Both the position numbers and the translations under genes were made by a program. The notes under the pieces were generated by a model, which was not told the origin of the DNA, ran no database searches, and worked only from the letters and a program-made list of their open reading frames with translations. Positions 46,833 through 55,082 of a stretch of 64,000 bases of DNA are shown one piece after another. Within the stretch, counting starts at the first letter, position 1. Every line of letters starts with the position of its first letter. This DNA comes from an uncultured bacterium (lineage in GTDB: Bacteria; Patescibacteriota; Minisyncoccia; Phycocordibacterales; GCA-2401445): the NCBI GenBank assembly GCA_937952265.1, contig CALFYW010000016.1:142661-206660 (forward strand), read 5' to 3'.

Positions 46833-47431
46833 TTAAAAATCCTTAACTACTTTTGCTTGTACGAGAGATTGATAATGATTTGGTTTAACTCTTTTCAGGT
46901 ATTCGATAACTTTCCCGCGCACTGGCGCGATTGTAAGGTTTTGTTCTTTGGCAAAAGTCATTATTTTTTCAATCGCGCCTTCAATTTCTGATTTGTCATT
47001 TACCATTAACTCAATCTCGCCAATGTTGTAGGTAAGATCTTGAAAATCAACAATATCAAGGTCAATGATAAATGGCTCCTTTTTATATTTTCTCCGAGTA
47101 GTTTTACAGGTGCAGAATGGTGAATAACCAGCCTTCGCTAAATCGTCAGCAAGGTTTCCATTAGAGGGAAAATTTAGAGCCGCCCTTATTTTTTGTTCAT
47201 TTTCTAACTCGTCATATTGGTCAGCTAACCGTTCTACTCCATCATGTAAGGGAAGTTTTAGCTCAAATTTGTCCTCACGAGAACGGAGCCATTTATCTTT
47301 TGAGGTTAGAGAAAAAATTTCTGTATCGTAATAAATATCAGTAAAAACTCGCTCATTGAGAAATTGAGCGTCTTTTGTTAATCGCTCTTTATCTTGTTCG
47401 TTTAATATAAATTTTTCTCTACTTCGATCAT
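46833..47431 (-). pseudogene. CYTH-domain protein (CyaB/thiamine-triphosphatase-like triphosphate tunnel metalloenzyme), frameshifted in an A5/T5 homopolymer
   Basis: ATG at 47429-47431 gives MIEVEKNLY*. Inserting one A in the run at 47412-47416 yields MIEVEKKFILNEQDKERLTKDAQFLNERVFTDIYYDTEIF… (about 198 aa), carrying the CYTH ExExK signature. Absent from the ORF track because the downstream frame lacks an ATG. Confidence 0.6.
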
Positions 47432-47542
47432 AAAATTATTTTATTAACTCATCTGCCGACACGCCAGGCGAGCTAGTGTTTCCATACCTTTCCGCGCTTC
47501 GCGCGGCCGAATCGGTCGGGAAAAAATCGGAAAGTTTGATAT

Positions 47543-47616
47543 TGGTGCGGGATGGGAGAATCGAACTCCCGTATACTGCTTGGAAGGCAGTCATTCTACC
47601 ACTAAACTAATCCCGC
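47543..47616 (-). tRNA. tRNA-Gly (anticodon TCC), CCA encoded
   Basis: Cloverleaf GCGGGAT-TA-GTTT..AATG-A-ACTGC-CTTCCAA-GCAGT-…-GGGAG-TTCGATT-CTCCC-ATCCCGC-A-CCA, 74 nt. Confidence 0.9.
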
Positions 47617-47630
47617 GTGTTTCCATCCTA

Positions 47631-47660
47631 CCAAATGACAAAACCCTCCGCCAGTCTCGG
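47631..47660 (-). terminator. Strong 12-bp hairpin (terminator or processing element) upstream of tRNA-Gly
   Basis: aaaccctccgcc agtctc ggcggagggttt. The minus strand has a T-rich tract (ttttgtcattt) after it. Confidence 0.4.
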
Positions 47661-47903
47661 CGGAGGGTTTTGGAGAAAACTACTCAGCAGTTTCTTCTTC
47701 AGAAGACTCTTCTTCTTGAGTTCCTTCTTCAGTCTTTTGCTCTTCTTCCATAGGAAATGGTGATTATGGATGTTTTTGAAAGAATCAAAAACACATTAAT
47801 AGTAAAAATCTTGATCAAAGAAACCTTTCATCAAGACTCTTATAAGTATACTCTTTTCAAACAAAAAGTCAAGCGTTTTTTTCTCTAAAAAAGCAAAAAA
47901 CCC

Positions 47904-48668
47904 TTATTCTATAGGCTCTCGATAGGGATCTGCCGTATAGCCGGTATGCTTCGGACGTTCCGAAAACGGCTTTTTTTCATCAGGAGAAAGAGGTGGCACC
48001 TCCTCGTTCTCTTGTGCAGAAGCTTGGGTATCCTTCGCCTCATCAAGCGGAGCCTCTTCTTCTTTACCCTCCTCTGAAGAAGCACTGTGTTCAAGAGAAG
48101 ATGGGAGCGAATGAACCTCCTCTTCCTCATTTCTCGGGGCTGGTGGAGGAGTGAGCGTGGGTGAAGGAGTGGGGGTTTGGGGAGCTACTTCAGTTTCTGA
48201 AACAGGGGAATTCCCTGAAGGTCGAGACTTTTCAAAACCACCCTTCTCTTCTTTAAAAATTCGCAAATGACCTTCATCTTGAGGTTGATCTTCTTTTATT
48301 GGTACATGAATACGCGAGGTATCAGGATTTTCTTGCTGCTTTTTCACTTCACGGTCTTCTCCTGCTGAAGGAGCAGAGAGGTTTTCTAAAAATTTTCGTT
48401 CAACCTCAGCGGTTACTACGTGCGCCTTCTCAGAAGGAAAAAGCTTCATACGATCTTGCGCGCGATCCCCAAACCCACTCACTGGAGTGAGTCCTAAGAG
48501 AGTAAGCCCCACCTCATCCGCCAATTCTGCCGCTTGCGAAAACGTGAGCTTATGCTTCATTGCTATTTCATAGAGGTCAGTATTGGTACTGATCGAAAGT
48601 ACTTTCTCTTGAAGCTCTGGGGAGAGCGCTTCAAGTCTCTTCTGAAGATCTTCTATTGAATGTGCCAT
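47904..48668 (-). CDS. Hypothetical protein with a Pro/Glu-rich disordered C-terminal half (254 aa)
   Basis: Structured N-terminal ~100 aa, then low complexity (TPTPSPTLTPPPAPRNEEEE…). Confidence 0.5.
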   Translation of the reverse strand: MAHSIEDLQKRLEALSPELQEKVLSISTNTDLYEIAMKHKLTFSQAAELADEVGLTLLGLTPVSGFGDRAQDRMKLFPSEKAHVVTAEVERKFLENLSAPSAGEDREVKKQQENPDTSRIHVPIKEDQPQDEGHLRIFKEEKGGFEKSRPSGNSPVSETEVAPQTPTPSPTLTPPPAPRNEEEEVHSLPSSLEHSASSEEGKEEEAPLDEAKDTQASAQENEEVPPLSPDEKKPFSERPKHTGYTADPYREPIE

Positions 48669-48696
48669 AAATAATTTTTATAGATACCTAGTAAGG

Positions 48697-50505
48697 TTAT
48701 GCTGCCTTATCTTTATTTAAGCCTTCAATTTTTCCTTCAATACTCGCCAATCGATCCCCCTCCTTCGTATTTGCGATTTTATCCTCCAGAGTATCAACTT
48801 TATCTTTCAATCGAGAAACACTCTGCCTTACCGCCATCTCTTCTACCACCGTGAGACCAGACTGCGCAAGTCGAGACTCCAGAGTTTCTATTTCCGTGTT
48901 GGCACGAGCAATTTGCTTAAAGTATGTTTGAATTTTCTCTTTTTTCTTATCTTCTTTTTCCAAACTCTTACGTGTTACCTCTGCCGAAGGTCCCCATGAA
49001 CTCGGCCTTAACAATGACCCTGGCAAAGAAGTTTTGGCCAAAGAAGCTTTCGCTTTCTCTTGTGGGGTTACCTCCAGAGATTCTCGCTCGCCTGCTTTCA
49101 CTCGACGGCTTACGCCGCTTGAATCAGTGACAAATTTATCTCGCTCCGCATATTTAGGACCGGTAAGACCTTGGATAAACTCGGTCCGTGCTTTCGCGTT
49201 CTCTTCAATTCTCTTATTAAATCCGCCTTTGGATCCTCCAAAACTTGCGCTTGAAATTTTCTTAAGCCCTTGCTGAACGCGCGCGCCACCACTCACTGAT
49301 ACCTTTGAGAGAGCATCTTGAACACGAGAAGACTGGCTTAAACCTCGCGCGGCACGACCAATGGTTTGCTGTCCCACCCAACCAGCCTTTTGCCCTGCCC
49401 AACCACGTATATTCCCTGCAAGTTTCAACGCTCCCGATGAACCGTAGCATCCAATTTTCTTTGAAAGCACGAGTGCCATTAGGATAAAAAGAATGAGCAT
49501 GCCGTAATTCAGGAGAAGGATTACTCCCCCATCAAAAAATGCAGCGGTGCCTTCTTTTATCCCCCCTTGAAAGAGTGTTGAAAAGGAGTCGGTAGTACTT
49601 AAGCCTCCAAACCCACCTCCTTCAAAGAGTTCGAGTACTACCCACATTAACAAAAAGAATGACGGAGCAAAGAACGCTTGGCAGAAGAGTTCATTCCACC
49701 ATTTTTTCGCATGGCCCGCAGTTTGAGGAAGAATCATGGCTAAATATGCCAAGGGAGAAAGCACCATGAGAAAGATGAGTACTCCAAATCGGAGCGCGAA
49801 GAAAAGCCCCGCTACAAGCATCACGAACGCAAAAATCAAAAGGAAGACCGCGGAGCCCATCATGGTAACAAAAATATCAATCGGATTTACCAGATTATTT
49901 GCAAAATCGACAGGGTCGACTCCGGCAGGATTAAAATCATAAAGACTTCCTAAATGAGAAAGAGAAAAGAGTGTTTCAAATAATTGCGCTCCCGAACTTA
50001 AACCTGCTTTTTGATAAAAATGGATTGCGAGAACATTTGAAAGGTCGATAATTACCTGGGTGAAAAAGAGACTAAAATTAATTAGAAGCGCGATGATAAC
50101 CACGTTGCGTAAAACACGCTTCACGTTAAACGAATCGAGGCGCAGAATCACCGCGATTGAAATATAAAGGAGGATAAAGATAAAACAGATATTCGCCACA
50201 TCCCGAAAGATCTCCCAACCAGTATTGATTGCTTCCATACTGTCAATAATATCTTTCATGCCTAACACCGAAACCTGAATGATTCCATTAAGAAAGATTC
50301 CCGCAAGCCAGGTGACGAGCGCGATCACCGTGAGCATCGCGCCGCCCATAATACCAAGGAAGGTGCCCGGGAGATTTGCCAATACCTTAAATGATTCGAG
50401 GCTTGGTATGATCTGGGCGTTTGCCGAGCCAGTAAGTGGCATGAGTGTGCCAATCGCCACTATGCTTAAAAAGAAAATGATGTGAAGAAAAGAAATTCGT
50501 CTCAT
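48697..50505 (-). CDS. Polytopic membrane protein with a Gly-rich/coiled-coil C-terminal tail, VirB6/TrbL-like (tentative)
   Basis: 602 aa: signal/anchor, about 7 TM helices, then GWAGQKAGWVGQQTIGRAARG and a ~200-aa coiled-coil tail. The topology resembles TrbL/VirB6. Not verified by motif. Confidence 0.4.
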   Translation of the reverse strand: MRRISFLHIIFFLSIVAIGTLMPLTGSANAQIIPSLESFKVLANLPGTFLGIMGGAMLTVIALVTWLAGIFLNGIIQVSVLGMKDIIDSMEAINTGWEIFRDVANICFIFILLYISIAVILRLDSFNVKRVLRNVVIIALLINFSLFFTQVIIDLSNVLAIHFYQKAGLSSGAQLFETLFSLSHLGSLYDFNPAGVDPVDFANNLVNPIDIFVTMMGSAVFLLIFAFVMLVAGLFFALRFGVLIFLMVLSPLAYLAMILPQTAGHAKKWWNELFCQAFFAPSFFLLMWVVLELFEGGGFGGLSTTDSFSTLFQGGIKEGTAAFFDGGVILLLNYGMLILFILMALVLSKKIGCYGSSGALKLAGNIRGWAGQKAGWVGQQTIGRAARGLSQSSRVQDALSKVSVSGGARVQQGLKKISSASFGGSKGGFNKRIEENAKARTEFIQGLTGPKYAERDKFVTDSSGVSRRVKAGERESLEVTPQEKAKASLAKTSLPGSLLRPSSWGPSAEVTRKSLEKEDKKKEKIQTYFKQIARANTEIETLESRLAQSGLTVVEEMAVRQSVSRLKDKVDTLEDKIANTKEGDRLASIEGKIEGLNKDKAA

Positions 50506-50508
50506 ATA

Positions 50509-52035
50509 TTATGATTCATCTTCATCCACAGGAAGTGGCCGTGCGTACACCTCAAGCTCCCCTAGGTTAATCCCGTAATTATTATTCGAGCGCATAAGTC
50601 GCACAAATCGACCAGAAACATCGGGTATTGAAATTCTTCGTGGAATAATTGTGTTATGAGGAACCTTAAAAAGCGCCGCGCCCGTACCATTATTTGATAG
50701 TGCCGAAAGTGACGCAATGGTGGCATCAGAAGCAATCGGCGCGCTACTGATCACCACATACGAATCTTCAAGTGCTACCTCACCTCCAGAAGCAGAATAA
50801 ATCACCACTTCTTCAATACGATATTCTTTTCGCAAATCCACTTCCCACCATGGTTCTGGATCGATTGCCCTTCCACCAGCACCAACCGCAGTAAAGGATC
50901 CGAATGGGAAGGTTTCAGCATAACCCGCCTTTTGGTAATCGTTCCCATTTTGTGGGCCGTATCCAACATTATTATTGAAAGTGCTTGACTGGGATGCTAC
51001 TCCTTCAGTGGCGCGATTACGCGCCTCAGTATCTCCTTGCTCCGGAATACTCGGTCCTGTTGGGTTCGTGGTAATAATCCCTGTCCCTAATCCACCTTCC
51101 AAATTACCAATGGTTTGCTCCTCTGCCTCCTCCTGAGAACGAGGAATGGGTACATTGCGAGCTTCCCGGGCATAATCATCAACGCGCCCATTACCCCCAT
51201 TCGACACACCCCGAAGTCCTCCCTGAATAACCTGCGACATAAGCGTGTTTGTAAGCGCTCCAAGAATTTCATTAATTTCATCAGCAAGTTCAAGCTGGCG
51301 GGTATCACTTCCGAGTATATGGTTGAGCTGGCCTTCAATAACCGCTCCTGGTGTCGTGATATTCCCATTAGCATCTTTAAATGAAAGGAAGCCGTTCCCC
51401 CAATTCAATTCGGCAAGCTGAATTTCCTGAGCATTGCCAATACGCAATGAAAGTTCCTGCTTTGCGCTTAAATAAGAGACATAGGGGTTATTGCGAGACC
51501 GCACGGCAACATCAAAAAAAGAATCGGCCGAAGCAATCTGCCCTTTCGTAACATTATCAATAACGGCACTTGCCGTACATGAGTATCGGTCAATATAGCC
51601 GGAACCACCCAACCCATAGTCTAAACGGAGCGCCAACTGAATCGTGCTTGAAAATGAACTACATAAGAAACCTAGGCCGAGCTCATCAATAAACCTTCCT
51701 GTTATTTGATCTCCCACATCGGTTAAAAAACGGCCGGGATTATCAACAAACGCTGGTTTGCCCTCAAAGCCAGAGTTAATCCAATTTACCGTGCTTTGCG
51801 TCAGTTGGCGAATAAGCTGTTTCCCCATTACTCCCACTAAAGAATCGAGAAAGTTCTCCTTGGTGCTTAAGGTAAAAGTACTTTCTGCAATAATAGTGTT
51901 CTGCACAAGATTCGGCGCATCAAGTACCGGAACGCTTAATCCTTGCGCGTGTACTGGGGATGGGACACTAAACCCAACCCAAAGCAGTACGACCATGAAA
52001 GAAATCACACACCTCTTTTGGCAGAGCAGTCTCAT
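50509..52035 (-). CDS. Secreted protein with a C-terminal F5/8 type C (discoidin)-like domain
   Basis: Signal peptide. C-terminal WWEVDLRKEYRIEEVVIYS…GRFVRLMRSNNNYGINLGELEVYA resembles discoidin. The N-terminal ~250 aa are unassigned. Confidence 0.6.
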   Translation of the reverse strand: MRLLCQKRCVISFMVVLLWVGFSVPSPVHAQGLSVPVLDAPNLVQNTIIAESTFTLSTKENFLDSLVGVMGKQLIRQLTQSTVNWINSGFEGKPAFVDNPGRFLTDVGDQITGRFIDELGLGFLCSSFSSTIQLALRLDYGLGGSGYIDRYSCTASAVIDNVTKGQIASADSFFDVAVRSRNNPYVSYLSAKQELSLRIGNAQEIQLAELNWGNGFLSFKDANGNITTPGAVIEGQLNHILGSDTRQLELADEINEILGALTNTLMSQVIQGGLRGVSNGGNGRVDDYAREARNVPIPRSQEEAEEQTIGNLEGGLGTGIITTNPTGPSIPEQGDTEARNRATEGVASQSSTFNNNVGYGPQNGNDYQKAGYAETFPFGSFTAVGAGGRAIDPEPWWEVDLRKEYRIEEVVIYSASGGEVALEDSYVVISSAPIASDATIASLSALSNNGTGAALFKVPHNTIIPRRISIPDVSGRFVRLMRSNNNYGINLGELEVYARPLPVDEDES

Positions 52036-52044
52036 TATAAAAAA

Positions 52045-53031
52045 TTATATACTCTGCATGAAAATAGCGCCATGTGTGTTTTGTTGAAAACGAATTCCTT
52101 GTGTATTGAAATAATCTTGTAATGAACGCATTGCCTCGGCAAGTCCCAGAATATCCTGGGTATAATTGCTAAATCGAACCAATCCTTTTACGGGATCAGT
52201 ATACAAAGAGCGAAATGTTTCAATACTTTCAAGCACTAAACTTGCGCTATTTAAAAACTCGAGATGTGCCTTAAGAGCACTTTCAGGAACGGAAAGATTC
52301 CGAGCGTCATTGAGAATACCTCGATACCCTCGAATAATTGGATCAAGTTGATTTAAGAGTGAGAGATTGTCTGCTTCAATGGCGCGAACCACAATGGCTA
52401 TTTCATTCTGGGTGCCCGGAGGAGAATGTGTAATGATGACTGCGCCGAGCCCATTACCATAATTTCGTATTGCTTCTGGTGAAGTCGCGACAACTCGCAC
52501 ATCTTTTCTCGTATATACTCGCGCGCTACGTTCTTGAGGAAGTCTCTGGAGTAGTCCTTGAACAAGCGCTTCTTCTCGTTCAGGAGAAAGAGTATCCCCT
52601 TCAGCGCCTCGCAAATTAAGATACTCTGAAAAAAGCGCCGCCGCGGTCGTCTCGGTAATATTTCCATTATAAGGAAGCTTATTGGTCTGCGCGGATTCTG
52701 ATTTGAGTCGATCTTTCAATAAACCACTTCCAAGCGGATTCCTCCCCACACGTACTTCGATTCCATCATCTACCCCATCTCCGTCGGAGTCGGCAAAAGA
52801 AGCATCGGTGCCGAGAAGTATCTCCTCCCACGTTTTCAATCCATCCCCGTCTTCATCATCATCAGCAACGAGATAGGTGTTATACGATGTATTACTTCCC
52901 AGTGCCCCAAGCATTCGATCTCCCGAAGAGAACGTAATTACTTCTCGATTAAATGCTTCACGGACTAAAAATCCTCCACCAATAAGTAGCGCTGGGACGA
53001 GAAACCACAGAAATATCTTCTGCTTCAGCAT
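52045..53031 (-). CDS. Membrane-anchored protein with DxDxDG Ca-binding (thrombospondin-type-3-like) motifs, paralog A
   Basis: N-terminal TM. DDDEDGDGLKTWEE…DSDGDGVDDGIEVRVGRNP. C-terminal ~200 aa paralogous to 53057..53899. Confidence 0.65.
   Translation of the reverse strand: MLKQKIFLWFLVPALLIGGGFLVREAFNREVITFSSGDRMLGALGSNTSYNTYLVADDDEDGDGLKTWEEILLGTDASFADSDGDGVDDGIEVRVGRNPLGSGLLKDRLKSESAQTNKLPYNGNITETTAAALFSEYLNLRGAEGDTLSPEREEALVQGLLQRLPQERSARVYTRKDVRVVATSPEAIRNYGNGLGAVIITHSPPGTQNEIAIVVRAIEADNLSLLNQLDPIIRGYRGILNDARNLSVPESALKAHLEFLNSASLVLESIETFRSLYTDPVKGLVRFSNYTQDILGLAEAMRSLQDYFNTQGIRFQQNTHGAIFMQSI
52736..52793. repeat. 58-bp segment identical to 53631-53688 (inside paralog A)
   Basis: ggattcctccccacacgtacttcgattccatcatctaccccatctccgtcggagtcgg encodes DSDGDGVDDGIEVRVGRNP on the minus strand. 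The flanks diverge immediately. Confidence 0.9.
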
Positions 53032-53056
53032 ATCGACAGTATACCACTTTCAGCAT

Positions 53057-53899
53057 CTATGACGGGAGGAGTGTAAAAATACTTCCCGGCTCATTTGGTT
53101 CAAATGAGACTCCTTCATTTTTAAAATAAAACGCGAGTGCTAAGAGCGCATTCCCCGCGTGAATTACGGTAGTATTATGTGCCTCAAAGAGAGCGACCGG
53201 AATTTCTTGATGTTCGGTTCCATGGGTGCGCATGGCCTCAATTGCACGAGCTTCTTTTTGATAACTCGCCGAAAGCGCGTAATGAAGCGACTGAAGCCCT
53301 CCTGGAACTGGCGCCTCAAGGAGCGCCTCTGAAAGTCCGTAATATTTTTCAGATAATCGCGAGAGTTGCGCAAATGCTTCCAAAGAAGGCTCATTGATGA
53401 TTCGAGTAAAGATTTCCACGTCATCCTGATTTCCATTGGTACGTTCACGTATAATCTTTCCAATATGGTTTCCGTAGGTACGAAGAGTTTCTGTTGAAGC
53501 TATTGTTGTTGATGTCGTTTCGGGATCTTGATCTTTATCTTGAGTCTCCGTGGAACGAGGTGCTTCACTCGCGCGTAATACTTGAGTATGGTTTTGAGCA
53601 AAGAGCGTATCTTCGGAGGAAGCGTCTCGTGGATTCCTCCCCACACGTACTTCGATTCCATCATCTACCCCATCTCCGTCGGAGTCGGGATTGGTGGGAT
53701 CGGTTTCCCACAATGCCTCCTCCCACGCGGCTAAACCGTCATAATCGTCATCTGAAAAACGGGGGTCTAATTCACCAAACGAGCTCGTGTCGGGATCTGA
53801 CATTTCTTCCTTTGTTAATTCAAGCGGAAGCCATGAAACGACCGCTAACCCGAGCACAAGAATGAGCAGTGAGAAAAGTAGTGTTTTTATTTCGCGCAT
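53057..53899 (-). CDS. Membrane-anchored protein with DxDxDG Ca-binding motifs, paralog B
   Basis: N-terminal TM. DDDYDGLAAWEE…DSDGDGVDDGIEVRVGRNP. C-terminal domain paralogous to the previous gene. Confidence 0.65.
   Translation of the reverse strand: MREIKTLLFSLLILVLGLAVVSWLPLELTKEEMSDPDTSSFGELDPRFSDDDYDGLAAWEEALWETDPTNPDSDGDGVDDGIEVRVGRNPRDASSEDTLFAQNHTQVLRASEAPRSTETQDKDQDPETTSTTIASTETLRTYGNHIGKIIRERTNGNQDDVEIFTRIINEPSLEAFAQLSRLSEKYYGLSEALLEAPVPGGLQSLHYALSASYQKEARAIEAMRTHGTEHQEIPVALFEAHNTTVIHAGNALLALAFYFKNEGVSFEPNEPGSIFTLLPS
53631..53688. repeat. 58-bp segment identical to 52736-52793 (inside paralog B)
   Basis: Exact identity read directly from the sequence. Confidence 0.9.
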
Positions 53900-53929
53900 A
53901 CGATTGATGGTATACTACATGATAGCACG

Positions 53930-54281
53930 CATGAAGCATACCCTACCCACTTATCTCTATTCATTCTTTATCATCATAGCGGTTACTGCTGCGCTTTTTA
54001 TTCCCACAAAAACACACGCGCAAATTCCATTTGGCGGCCCCATCACTTTTTTATATCCTGCCTGTTTTGAAGGGAGTTGGATTATTCTTGGTCCACCCAC
54101 TCCAGGAAGTTACATGTCATCTTACGCGACAAGATCATTCAGTCATGGAAGAGCGTCTCATGTAGGACAATATTTGTTAGGTAATGCTGGTGGGTACCTC
54201 ACGTGCACCGTTCAATGCGGACTCGTCCCGTGCGTAATTGGAGGAGGTCTACTTATCCTCTATCACGGATCAAGTCTCTGA
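53930..54281 (+). CDS. Small secreted Cys/Gly-rich protein (117 aa), tentative
   Basis: MKHTLPTYLYSFFIIIAVTAALFIPTKTHA signal-like N-terminus, then a Gly/Cys-rich segment with a hydrophobic C-terminus. This is the inner start of track ORF 53787..54281 and is convergent with rsmA. Confidence 0.3.
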
Positions 54282-55073
54282 AACATCTTCCCACACCTCA
54301 CAAAGTTTTTTCCATTCGAGACAGGTGAGGTCTTCGGCGCGCGCGTTAAGTGGAATAGGTGAAGCCATGAAAAAATCTTTCACTCCAGCGTGAAGCGGGA
54401 GAAGATTATTAATAAGTTTTTTTCTCTTACTTGAAAATCCGGCACGAACCAACATGAAAAATTTCTCTTCCGTGCATGTGCGCGTAAAAAATTTTTTTGA
54501 AATATCGGTAATTGAAAGTATTGCTGAATCAACCGCGGGTGGAGGCGAGAATAGATTTCGAGAAACACGGCGAATGATTCGGGGTGTTCCGTACACCTTA
54601 ACTGCGAGAGAAAGGATACTTTCTTTTCCTTTGTTTGCTACAATCCGCTCCGCGACTTCTTTTTGAATGAGTAGCGACATCGTGGAAGGCTGATTGGTAT
54701 CAGATAAAAATTTTCGTATGATCATACTCGTCAGATAGTATGGTATGTTCGCAACCACCTTATACCCTTTACCATGAAGCTTCAACGTCTCGAGATCTAA
54801 TGATCGAATATCCTCCATCACCAAGGTAAGTCTCCCCTCTTTCAATTCATCATGAAACCGATCGGTAAGTAGTGAAAAAAATTTTAAATCTTTTTCAATT
54901 GCAATTACTCTCGCGCCACGCTTCAGTAAGATGTCAGTGAGAATGCCTTTCCCCGTACCAATCTCAAGCACTACATCTTGAGATGAAACATCTGCCCCAT
55001 CCGCGACCGAAACCGCGATCGGCGCTGCTGTTAAAAAATGTTGTCCCAGTGGTGTGTGTTTTTTCGCTCGCAT
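54270..55073 (-). CDS. rsmA: 16S rRNA (adenine1518/1519-N6)-dimethyltransferase
   Basis: 267 aa with SAM motif VLEIGTGKGILT and KsgA family architecture. Confidence 0.9.
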   Translation of the reverse strand: MRAKKHTPLGQHFLTAAPIAVSVADGADVSSQDVVLEIGTGKGILTDILLKRGARVIAIEKDLKFFSLLTDRFHDELKEGRLTLVMEDIRSLDLETLKLHGKGYKVVANIPYYLTSMIIRKFLSDTNQPSTMSLLIQKEVAERIVANKGKESILSLAVKVYGTPRIIRRVSRNLFSPPPAVDSAILSITDISKKFFTRTCTEEKFFMLVRAGFSSKRKKLINNLLPLHAGVKDFFMASPIPLNARAEDLTCLEWKKLCEVWEDVSET

Positions 55074-55082
55074 GATAAAATC

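Noticed and set aside
47670-47741. 23-codon hyper-acidic mini-ORF (MEEEQKTEEGTQEEESSEEETAE) between the 254-aa gene and tRNA-Gly
   Set aside because: It arises from a polypyrimidine (ttcttc…) tract. There is no Shine-Dalgarno and no conservation evidence. It is more likely a low-complexity spacer.
53787-53929. 5' part of track ORF 53787..54281
   Set aside because: It is antisense to the 3' end of paralog B (53057..53899). Only the inner start at 53930 gives a signal-peptide-like N-terminus, and even that is tentative.
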